Shown one piece after another: positions 1 through 8,990 of a DNA stretch of 64,000 nucleotides (the first letter of the stretch is position 1; every line of letters starts with the position of its first letter). The notes under the pieces are model-generated. The model made no database searches, was not told the origin of the DNA, and saw nothing but the letters and a program-made list of their open reading frames with translations. The stretch is from Piedraia hortae CBS 480.64. Taxonomy: Eukaryota. Both the position numbers and the translations under genes were made by a program. The stretch is taken from assembly GCA_010093745.1 (NCBI GenBank), contig MU006002.1:1-64000 (forward strand). Reading direction: 5' to 3'.

Positions 1-913
1 TTATTAGTAACCGTCGCTCGGCTCTCGACTTCACGCGTCAACTAGTTTTCCGTAGAGATTTGTATGCAGGTACACATCTGCTCACAATTATAATAGGATC
101 GCGACGGGTCGGGCCGGCGGGGTTTAGCTTCATGCACTCGAGTTTTGGTTTTGGGTTCTGGTGGGTCTAGATAGAGGGATCCATTGGCAGAACATACCAA
201 TTATTGCTACGACCTGTGTTGCTTGGCTGTACATTCGCCTTTCCCCTTGAACAATGGCTGTGCTTCTTGAGTATTCAATCGCTAGCTAAGTGAGGTGAAC
301 TTTATCATTTCAGCGCAGATTTTGGTGGTTATCACATAACAGGGAACTTGCGTTCATCCTCATGGGATGACATCTTCGCAATTCCCACTGAGATATGCAA
401 CACCTTCATGCCATGGATCGTTCTTTTTGGGAAATAGCAACGGTGACGATGGGTTGGGTCGATGGGATTAGATAGATCGGTACTGCCAGTGGAATACAAG
501 CCGCAAAGGCTGGACGTAGTAGTATACAGAGGAAAACGAGTGATCAAACCGATGGAAGGATGTCCTTCAATCGGCCATCAATTTTCTGCAGCCGGACCAG
601 ACCCTGCTTCTCTTTTGGTGTAAAAGCTATCTTTATATGCAGCTATGATCCAGATGGAACAACCGCTTGACGGGCCAACGGATCTTTGTAATTCTGCAGT
701 AAGTTGTTCAGCAGCCGCAGGAACCTCCGTTCGATGGGCTTCTTGCAGCCTGCACATACCGGCTGCGGGCCTCTTGTCGATACTTTTTGCACAGAAAGCC
801 TCTTCCCCTCGGTTTGACCTTCGGGGCTGTTTCTCCCTTGGCTGGCCTCCGCTTCTTGTTGCCCATGAGAGGAGGAAGAAGAGACTGCTTCAACTCCGCT
901 GGGGCTTGCGGTC

Positions 914-1150
914 AAGACGTGCAGTCTCGGTCAAAGAGTGTGTGTAACTGTATACGTCTCTACGTGCTAAGAGCTAACACAACGTCTTCCACAGGCCCAC
1001 AGCTGGGCCAGAACCGCATTTACCGAGACCACGCGATGACGTGATCTCGTCACAGGAGAAAACTCCTCTATGCGGCAGAAACCCCTGCGAAGCCTCGGGC
1101 GTTCTAACTACCACCGATCGAACTCATCTGGCACAGGGCTCACCGTGCTA
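914..1150. repeat. Dispersed ~235-bp repeat (possible solo LTR or element end), copy 1
   Basis: Aligns by eye, in direct orientation, with 62975-63206 (TGTAACTGT..ACGTCTCTACGTGCTAAGAGCTAAC ... GGGCTCACCGTGCTA). Contains a TGTAAC...CACA stretch reminiscent of LTR termini. Confidence 0.8.
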
Positions 1151-1720
1151 GCGGCTTGGTGGCATTGGCATCTTGGGCTTGCACCTGTTCGGCATCTCCT
1201 TGCCGAATGGCAGCGTACGATGCATTTGACCGACGGTACCAAACATGACTTATGCTGAAGACAGCTTTCTTGTAGTTTGTCCTCATGTGCCATATACACT
1301 TTTCGAGCACGGGGACAAGTTCGTGTCCACGATCAGGGACCTGATGATGTCCGCATACACAGTGCCAATCAAAGCCACGTGAGTAGGTCTCTACCCATAC
1401 GAGCAGAACATCCTGCCCCCAATCGCCTGAGCCCTCGCGTACTCCCCCCATGATGTGCGGTGGCTCCACGCCCTCTGTCCAGATCCTCGCTCAGGCCATG
1501 GCTGCGATAGTTTACAGGGTCAGGATCAAAGCCACGAACAAGAAGGGCATGTCAAATGCGTGCGTCGTCCCGACCGAAGCCGAGTTGGTGGCGACCTTCA
1601 CGACGTTGCTCAGGTGCTCGTACATGTGCACGGCTGTGGGCGTGGCCTTCGTCAACTGCGTCCCTGTGCCTGTGCCCACGATGGCGAGGAAGATGGCGGT
1701 TCTTCATCTACCCCACGCTT
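1140..1720 (-). pseudogene. Disrupted unknown ORF of the element (gene F)
   Basis: GC3-rich frame reads TAIFLAIVGTGTGTQLTK...LILTL*TIAAMA*ARIWTEGVEPPHIMGG...WHCVCGHHQ...; it has two in-frame stops and runs into the ORF at 1140-1469. Confidence 0.5.
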
Positions 1721-1729
1721 GCGATCACC

Positions 1730-1771
1730 CTCCATGGAGTTAGGCAGCTGCTTGGTTGCCCTCGGCCTCGG
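1730..1771 (-). CDS. Capping enzyme fragment 3 (candidate nucleotidyltransferase motif VI)
   Basis: PRPRATKQLPNSME fits the RxxKxxPN pattern of motif VI, which is expected right after fragment 2 (ending ...IINPK). Confidence 0.5.
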
Positions 1772-1880
1772 AAGATAGAGACCAGTGTGCTCTTGTGCTA
1801 AGTCGTTGTGTGTAGTCATTATTTTAAGATCAAGCATTTTTCCGATTGTCGGTTTGCATGTCGGAAGACTGGCCGAGGTA

Positions 1881-2594
1881 TTACGTTGCATGCTCGAAGA
1901 CAGCATATATGATAAAGTCGGTCTTCCTGGCCTCCTTCTTGAATAGGCCCTTGTCGATGTTTGATACATTCTCAAAGGTCACTATTTCTGTACGTTTGTC
2001 ACTCCCTGTATTGATGGATACTCCCGCAGATGGGGTATCTCGGTCTGGTCTCATGTATCTTCTTCATATTGATAGTCAGCCTTGTCTTGCCAGACGGGAA
2101 GCTGAATCTAGGTATGTTATTCTCAAACTGCCGGTATACGCCTTTGCCGTTCAGACGTGTCCAGAAGCATACTGCCCCCACAGCAGGCACAAACGACTGC
2201 TGGTAGCTCATCGGCTGGCTTAGAATCATATGAAGCGGTTCATCATCAGACACATACAGTCTGATATTAATGGGCCTTGACTCGCCATTGGTATTCCGTC
2301 TGAAGTATATGACCTTGATCCCGTTGTCACTCGTCAGTTGCTCAATCGTATCCACTCCGCGAGACTGCTTCGTGCCTACGATGAACCCATTGGAGTCGTA
2401 CCTATTGCAGCAGAAGAAGTCCCATGGGGCATCCGAGATTTCGCATATCGGGTAAAAGAACGACGTAGCCTGCACGCCACCCAGCACAACACGATGATTG
2501 AACAATCAGCTTGATCAGCATAGTGGAATTTACTGCTACTGGGTACAGGAGACTGATGGGGCTATGTAGCTCATCGATAGGCTCCCTGCATAGC
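1881..2594 (-). pseudogene. Unknown element protein (gene E); lacks its own start here and has two apparent frameshifts
   Basis: Three frames appear to join: LCREPIDELHSPISLLYP... / FNHRVVLGG...KTRLTINMKK (ORF 1999-2505) / YMRPDRDTPSAG...FIIYAVFEHAT* (stop at 1881-1883). Confidence 0.5.
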
Positions 2595-2764
2595 CTTGGG
2601 GTTGATGATCCTGACCGCGCCGCCGTCCCCTTCCACCACGTCCAGCTCGTAGACCGCGTACTCGTCCATCTCCGCACACCTGCTCATGACCTCGAACATG
2701 GTCGGCCCTGCGATCGCGTACAACGTGCCACCCTTGTGGATGAGGTCGATCGTGGGCCGCTTAA
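2595..2764 (-). CDS. Capping enzyme fragment 2 (motif V and OB-fold region)
   Basis: KRPTIDL...AVYELDV...VRIINPK resembles guanylyltransferase motif V (K..TID) and the following VxE strand. Codon third positions switch abruptly to G/C, as in fragment 1. Confidence 0.7.
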
Positions 2765-3317
2765 AGTTCTCGTCGCACCAGGTCGTATCGAATCTCTTCC
2801 TCAGACCCAGTATGTGCTCCATTCTCGTTCTAGACTCCTCGGCAAATAGTGGTGGGTCGACATTATCCTTGATTTGCTTGAATGAAAATGTCGTATGTTT
2901 CATGTACCCCATTGTCGAATCGTCTCCATCGTAAAGCTCGGATGACTTGTATCTGGCGCATGCCAGATCTAGTTTCCTGTGGGGAGTATTGATCCATTGC
3001 TCGCACTCTTCTATGCCTTCTTTGGAGCGAATGACATAGATATGCATCTCATCACCATCATAGTCTCCTTTGAGTGGACCAACAAGCTTGGGTGATACTC
3101 CCATGCATGTCTTGTTCCAGAACGAGAGGGTAACAGGTTGGATGGACTCCTGGTGGAGTGTCGGTGGCCTTAAGGCGATTGCACGCTCTCCTTCTTGTAC
3201 ACATCCCGACACATATCTCTGGGTTTTCTCGTCGAATCCGACCACCCTCCATTTATCACGAAGATACTCCGGGATAAAGATGATTCTATGGTCATATGTG
3301 TGAGGGGCAATGAGTAC
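2765..3317 (-). CDS. RNA polymerase beta-prime/RPB1-like subunit, fragment 2 (catalytic double-psi barrel)
   Basis: ALRPPTLHQESIQP...VGPLKGDYDGDEMHIY corresponds to the conserved NRxPTLH...NADFDGDEMN segment. DYDGD lies at about 3051-3065. No stop precedes the junction with capping fragment 2. Confidence 0.9.
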
Positions 3318-4232
3318 GACGTCAGCGCATCGTTGGCGGCTCAATCAGCCTCCGCTACAGGTACTAACACCCCTATGACGCTGCTTATGGATATAAGGCA
3401 ATTGATCAATGAGCAAACCGGAGTCATAAGAAGTATACTCGATCAACAGACAAGTAATATGGAACTCATGAAACGTATGCATAATGAGATTATAGCTTAT
3501 ATGCAAGAACTATCGCAATCTATGAGACAGACAAATCATCGGGTCGTTGGTACGAGCAATGGAATTATGTCTGAGTCACCACATAATAGTAAATGGTATC
3601 ATATTGGTGACCCAGTTGACAATTCGAGTAAAGTAGTGGCATGTTTACTTATACAGCTAGAGAAACTCGCATCACGGGACTCTGGCAATAGACCATCAGT
3701 CGGTGATTTTGACACAATGTCGATGGAACTCCGGGACTGGGCTGCAATAGTGAAAGCTATATGTAGAGCAGAGTCTACAGTGACAACACAAACAGGAAAG
3801 ATTGCACTCCCGAAAATATCGTCAAATGAGGCACAGTATGCTCTCAACGTTGTCACTAGCCCTACACCAGGTAGACATATCACATGTAAACCTAATCAAT
3901 ATCGGGACCTAGTAATAAATTGCCCTGGCCTCATTGGTTGCCTAGAAGAAGTGAGACTTCGTATAACTAAATGTCCAGGAATTGTAGGCAGAAGAACAGC
4001 TAGGGCACTTGCATCGATATCGTTTCCCTATGTAAATGAACACAATGATGTCATCAACTCAGATGTAATGAACAAGGGCACTGGTAACACTGTGGTAATG
4101 GACAAGGTACGTAGACTAAACATACCACAGAAGGAGATATACATATCACTGATTTTAAGAGATAACAAACGTCCCATGGCTGCTGCAGAGGAGGCATCTC
4201 GTTACACTAGGCGTATAACTACGGGCAGTTAG
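3310..4232 (+). CDS. Unknown element protein (gene D), N-terminal coiled coil
   Basis: Long open frame (3195-4232 in the track). True start is either ATG 3376, or ATG 3310 with a 1-nt frameshift (MSTTS-ASLAAQSAS...). Overlaps the stop of the convergent ORF. Confidence 0.65.
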
Positions 4233-5031
4233 TATCTATCCAGTGAGCTATGGGACTGCTGGCGTCAAGAATACCAGTCTCCACCCCCAACGCCTCTCTT
4301 ACCGAGTTGGTCTCATCGCTAGAGTGATGTAAACGAATCGTCCTTATGGCAGATCTAGCCAGCGATGATTGCGCGCGACGGGACTTCACGGCTTCTGTTA
4401 AAAACTTGATGGATGTGTCATTACGACAGTCATCGTTATCATCAGCTATGTATGCCGCAAGATACTCTAGATCACGAGCCTCAGCATCTGTTAGCGATAC
4501 TTCGTCGCTATTATCGGCAGAACTGAGCACAATGGTCTCGTTATCTTCGGCGACTGGGGCAAACCCAACAGACCGTGACGTTCTCGACATACCTGATACT
4601 GACCGAGTCGCGGCCACAGGTTGACATGCAGGTTCAGCGACAGGCTGCGAACTCGATAGTGACGATGTATCACTATCATTTGCAAACCCGATCATCTTTC
4701 TCGGCGTGTTGCTGATAGACGTAGCTCGGGACACAGTGCCACCGATATTTGGCTGTGGCACATATTCTTTTCGCCTGCTCATATACGATGGCTTGGCGAC
4801 GTTGGCTGGCTCGTTGATGCTAATAAAAGACAGTCTTACTCGAAGATCCATCATGGTCTTTACGACCAAGCGCATGTCTTCTTTAGCTCTCCGGCATATG
4901 GCTTCCGCATCGTCAACAGCCTTACCTTCGTCTAGCCCTTTGAACACACGCTCCATCTCGTCGAACCTGTCGACCATTGAGTTGCACGCTGATGCTGTGT
5001 TGGCTAGGCTGTTGTCAACGTTGTCCGACAT
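4219..5031 (-). CDS. Unknown element protein (gene C), coiled coil plus Ser-rich linker
   Basis: Intronless ~270-aa ORF from ATG 5031 (MSDNVDNS...), convergent with gene D. Confidence 0.65.
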   Translation of the reverse strand: MSDNVDNSLANTASACNSMVDRFDEMERVFKGLDEGKAVDDAEAICRRAKEDMRLVVKTMMDLRVRLSFISINEPANVAKPSYMSRRKEYVPQPNIGGTVSRATSISNTPRKMIGFANDSDTSSLSSSQPVAEPACQPVAATRSVSGMSRTSRSVGFAPVAEDNETIVLSSADNSDEVSLTDAEARDLEYLAAYIADDNDDCRNDTSIKFLTEAVKSRRAQSSLARSAIRTIRLHHSSDETNSVREALGVETGILDASSPIAHWIDTNCP

Positions 5032-5126
5032 ATTGTGATAGTCTGACTCAGTGTACTCTCTCTTGCCAATGGTTTCGGTGATCACTCTCTCGAGATATCT
5101 AACCGTTGCAATTCCACCAAGCGTGA

Positions 5127-5531
5127 TACCATCCTGAGACTTCCATCAACATGGCAATTGAGAATGCCTGATCTCATCCGACCGGTTTTGGCCTTCATTG
5201 CATCGAGCAGTATCTTTTTTGATTTGCCTTTGTGGAATTTGGAGGATCCCTGGAACGCAAACGATGCAGCACGGGCAACATCGTTCCTGATGACGGGCGT
5301 GTCGATCGCGAGCGACTGCGACGGAAGCATAACTCCTGACGGTAACTTGCACATGTGGCCAAGGCAGTCATCATGGATTGGACATTTCCTCATGTAGTCG
5401 TTGCATGAAGCTATGTTCATGGTGCTCACATTCCCCATATCGAGTCTCGAGTGACCGATGCCTATGATGATCCAGTCATCTGATGGGTCGAAGCCATCAT
5501 AGACGAGCCTCTCGACTTTGAATTCCTCCAT
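5127..5531 (-). CDS. RNA polymerase beta-prime/RPB1-like subunit, fragment 1 (zinc clamp and switch region)
   Basis: MEEFKVERL...CNDYMRKCPIHDDCLGH resembles the RPB1 C..C...CPGH clamp. MKAKTGRMRSGILNCHVDGSLRMV resembles LKGKxGRxRxNLxGKRVDxSxRxV. Confidence 0.8.
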
Positions 5532-5533
5532 TG

Positions 5534-6752
5534 TAATGGTGGTCCTGAGCTTATTCGTGAGCACCACCCCGTCGTTAGGCATAGGCTCGAGGACCAGCTG
5601 CGTCGTGGTCGGGAGTGCGTTCCAGGCCGTGCGGTAGATGAAGAACGTCTTTCTGGTCGTGCTCGGGCACTTGGAGAGGCCCATGCACTTGGGGATCCTC
5701 GCGTCGGCGTCCATGGCGAGCGTCTCGACGTAGACCAGGCTCCCGTCATTCATCATCTCTGCGAGGACAACGTCGGGTCTGGACGTGATTGGAGGCAGGT
5801 CGCTATGCGCGATCGTCGCCATGCACGCCACCACACTCAGGCTCGGGTCCGTGATCGTTACTATGTACCCGAACTCGTAGCAGAACACGTACACTTTCAT
5901 CCCGTCGGCCTTGGCCAAGAGCACGCCGTTGTAGACACTCACGTCCGGAGCATCAACAACCACATGATCGTTGGACCTGACCGCGGGCATGAACTCAGTG
6001 TCAACCACGTCCCGCATCATGTTGACGGTCCCGACGGTACTCAGGGCCATGCACAAGACTGCCCTCACGACGGGGCCTGTGGAGCTGCCCACAATCTCGA
6101 ACTCGGCCGCATACGTGACCCTGTTCGCGCAGATGTACTTCCTCGCAATCGCGTTCGTGGTGATGCCCCTCACCATCAAGACACACTTGACCTCGACCAT
6201 CTCGACGTCCCTCTGCGCGTGTCGGATTGTGCCCCCAAGGGCGTACTCGCGTGACACAGCCAGTGTGGATCCGGGTGCAATCGTGGTTGTGCTTAGGCCG
6301 ATCTTCATGGTCGTCTCCCCGTTCGACCTTATCCTCATCCTCGCGATCGTGTTGGTCTCCGGGCCCATCCAGACGATGCAAACCCTCTCCCTGATCCTGG
6401 CTGTGGTTACGTCTCCGAACTCGCCCCTGCCCATCATCGTGAACATACGCTCGGACAAGTTCGCGTTCAGCCTCATCTCCACCTCCTCGGTGGGCCTGGC
6501 GTCGACGTCCCTCACGGACATCGGCTCGACGTTGAAGTAGCTGCTCATGTCGGCGGTGCTCTGCATGCTCAGCCTCATCGCCATGTCCGTCTCGGTGACC
6601 TTCGCCGCAACCGAGGACATCACCGTGGCCGGATCCCTACACTTGTACAGGATGGGCTCGGGTGGCTCGTCGAGACCGAGGCGGACGTGAGCGAACCTCA
6701 CTCTCGCAGGGTCTCTGCTCTCGTTGCAAATCGGGCAGATGTGCGACTCCAT
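5534..6752 (-). CDS. mRNA capping enzyme fragment 1 (triphosphate-tunnel-type RNA triphosphatase plus guanylyltransferase motifs I-IV)
   Basis: EEVEMR, VSRE and AAEFEI fit triphosphate-tunnel glutamate motifs. LAKADG is motif I KxDG (5901-5912), VLAEM motif III and NDGVVL motif IV. Architecture recalls baculovirus LEF-4 and the poxvirus D1 N-terminus. Confidence 0.8.
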
Positions 6753-6831
6753 CCTCGTGCTCGGGCACGGGCAGCCGCTTGGCTCGCTGTCTGGTACCTA
6801 GTGACCACGGACCTGGGACGAGCGTGTCGAC

Positions 6832-7041
6832 ATGTGCATGGTGAAGTACGTCGTGTGTGGGACGTGCCAGACGACCATCAAGGTGTACGTGAGTAGGTGC
6901 GTGCACTAGAACCCGTCGTGCACTGCGATCGTAGACAAGGCCACGAGCACGCGTAGGAACGTGGAGAACGTGTCGGTCGCTGTGGCGGCTGTGATGCCGT
7001 GTGTGATTACGTCCGCGTGCACCGCGTGCTCCTCCGGCTAG
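6832..7041 (+). pseudogene. Small Cys-rich putative zinc-binding protein with an internal TAG
   Basis: MCMVKYVVCGTCQTTIKVYVSRCVH*NPSC...CVITSACTACSSG*. TAG at 6907-6909; high GC3. Confidence 0.55.
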
Positions 7042-7166
7042 GAAACGACGGGCCTGTTCCACGATCGCGTGCACGTTCAAAACCCCGCTGACAGTCATCA
7101 TCGGCTGCGAACCACTCGTTGCTCAACTACGCACTGCCACCCGCGATCTCACACAATGACGTCGCC

Positions 7167-7655
7167 ATGTGCCGCTTCAGAATCATGGTGTGCCGCTAGC
7201 ATGGGCACGAGATCGTGAGTAGGATGTGGTTTTGCGACGCGATCAAGAACGGCTACCTGTGCGTGGACCCGGCCAGGACCATGTTGAACTTCTCGAGCTT
7301 GTGCATACCTGCCGGGGCCCCGATCGGCTACGTGAACGCGTCCTTGTCCGTGGTTGCCCTTAGGGCGAGAGTCCAGCCCGTTGTGATGGCGATCCAGTGC
7401 GACGTCGGATTCGTTTTCACGAAGATGGGGATGAACCTCAATGCGATGATCAAGATGGAGAGCGTCCGGTCCACGTACCCGGGCATGTCCATGCCTCAGA
7501 CCTCGGATATGGTCAAGGGCGTGCACCACAGAGATGATGGTACGCCTGCCGGTTGGAGGTCGCGGTTGGGACCATCCACCAAATCGGAGAGCAGCACCGC
7601 GGACAGCATCGCGGACAGGGTGATCATCTTGGAGAGCGATGACGACTCGGAATAG
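7167..7655 (+). pseudogene. Element protein with an MC...C N-terminus, acidic C-terminus and an internal TAG
   Basis: MCRFRIMVCR*HGHEIVSRMWFCD... is in frame with ORF 7215-7655. TAG at 7197-7199. Confidence 0.55.
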
Positions 7656-8769
7656 AACCTCCACACGGCGGCCCGCCGGTTGATGGGACAAGCACAAGAA
7701 AAAAGCCACACAGTGAATGAAACGGCCTACGTCTTGCAGTGTCTCGCAAACTCCCAGGTGAGACGCGGCGAGATGGAAAAGGGCCCACAGCCTCTTGTCA
7801 TCCATAGGTACCCATTCGTCCGCTTACTCTCCCTCATGCGAGAGAGGGTTTGGCGTGAGTGCACCTGGTACCATTGGCGGCTGTTCAAGCAGTAGCCCAG
7901 AATCAGTATTCCTTGTGCTTCTACGTGTTACGAAACGCCAGCCTTGCCTTTCCCCAGCAGGGCTAGTGAATCACGTGCGCGGCCTATTTTCCTCAGGTAG
8001 GACGTTCGAGACGCAGTTCCAGTCGAACTTGTATGGTAGATGAAGGAACGTGTAGCGATAGTGCTCTCGTGGATGGGAGTGCGCAGCGGCCCGAACTAGG
8101 AGGACGTAGCGATAGACAGTGTCGATATGACAGTGTGTATGACTATATGTATCTGTGAGGAGACGTCAGAATAAAACTTCTGTACCTGTGGGCCGGTGAC
8201 GTCACGTCGTACGCTAACAGGGCGCATTCGCCATGTTACATATGACATGACCCTGAGGGAAAAACTCTGTGAAGGAAAAACCCTAGGGTGCAGCTGGTAG
8301 TGTAGGAGGTATCGCTGACTCGCTATGCAAGTGCCCCGCATACGCGCTAGCGGCGATGCTTGAATCCAACAGAACGAACGACGACAAAGCATCTCCCACA
8401 GGACGAAAAACACGTCACGGCGAGGTTATCCACATCCCAAAATACTGTTATGGCACCGTCTGATGCCACACAAGTACCTAGTCCGCATTGCTTTAAACAC
8501 CGGATCAGCCAGGAGCATTACAATGCTCGAGTTCGCCGAAACCCGTAGAGAGCTTGATCCAGTGTCCATGCCATCCCTTTTGTGGATGTCCGGGAGGTTG
8601 ATAAGTGTAGATCGTCCAGCGGCGTATCTGTGTAGCTGCCATTCATGATACGAGTGGAAATCAGCACCAGGAACAGAGGAACGTGAAAGGGGCCAGTCCG
8701 AGATAGAGAGAGGGCCGACGTATGGCTAAGTGTAGCCGCGACAGCTGCCCCTGTTACAATTGGTGATTT

Positions 8770-8990
8770 CGCAATCTCTCGTAACTCCAGCACTTGGTAC
8801 GGCGATTTGTCGTTCAGTGAAGATGAGAGTGTCCGGTATAAGGCATAGTCAATCGCTTCCAGCCTGAATTTGGTCGTAAAGCCAGCGTGAAGTAGCTTTC
8901 GGGCCAGAGTACAGACAATATTATTACTTGTTTCAGCCCTTCCGTTCTGCTTGGAGCTTTCCGGAAGTGTTTCGGTGAGCTTTTCCATAT
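8770..8990 (-). mobile_element. Degenerate Ty1/copia integrase fragment
   Basis: PESSKQNGRAETSNNIVCTLARKLLHAG...EAIDYALYRTLSSSLNDKSPYQVL resembles copia PQQNGxAERxN...W.EA...NR.P.....SPYE. Confidence 0.75.

Larger units (their letters stand above)
1151..7700. mobile_element. Endogenous virus-like element with fragmented, interleaved transcription and capping genes (boundaries approximate)
   Basis: Intronless, tightly packed ORFs on both strands. Contains RNAP beta-prime motifs and capping-enzyme motifs. Flanked by a repeat on the left and TE relics on the right. Confidence 0.8.

Noticed and set aside
180..915. Short ORFs with possible transposase remnants
   Set aside because: No motif recognisable with enough confidence.
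3318..5129. Spliceosomal intron in the RNAP gene (GTATCA donor, GCTGAC branch-like site)
   Set aside because: The first downstream AG would remove conserved residues and shift the frame.
2765..5536. Simple nested excision of circles
   Set aside because: The excised RNAP circle would have no stop codon and gene E would still lack a start, so more complex rearrangement is needed.
2770..5545. Other 5-6 bp inverted matches near junctions (ACCAT, GATAC, TACGAC) and a recurring TCAGGA
   Set aside because: Expected by chance in windows of this size, and I could not make them restore reading frames.
5082..6752. 556-aa ORF as a natural capping enzyme-RNAP fusion protein
   Set aside because: Both halves stop mid-domain and their continuations lie elsewhere; the fusion looks like a product of the junction.
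6907..7199. Reassigned TAG codon in the element
   Set aside because: TAG also ends element genes (4232, 7041, 7655); point mutation is simpler.
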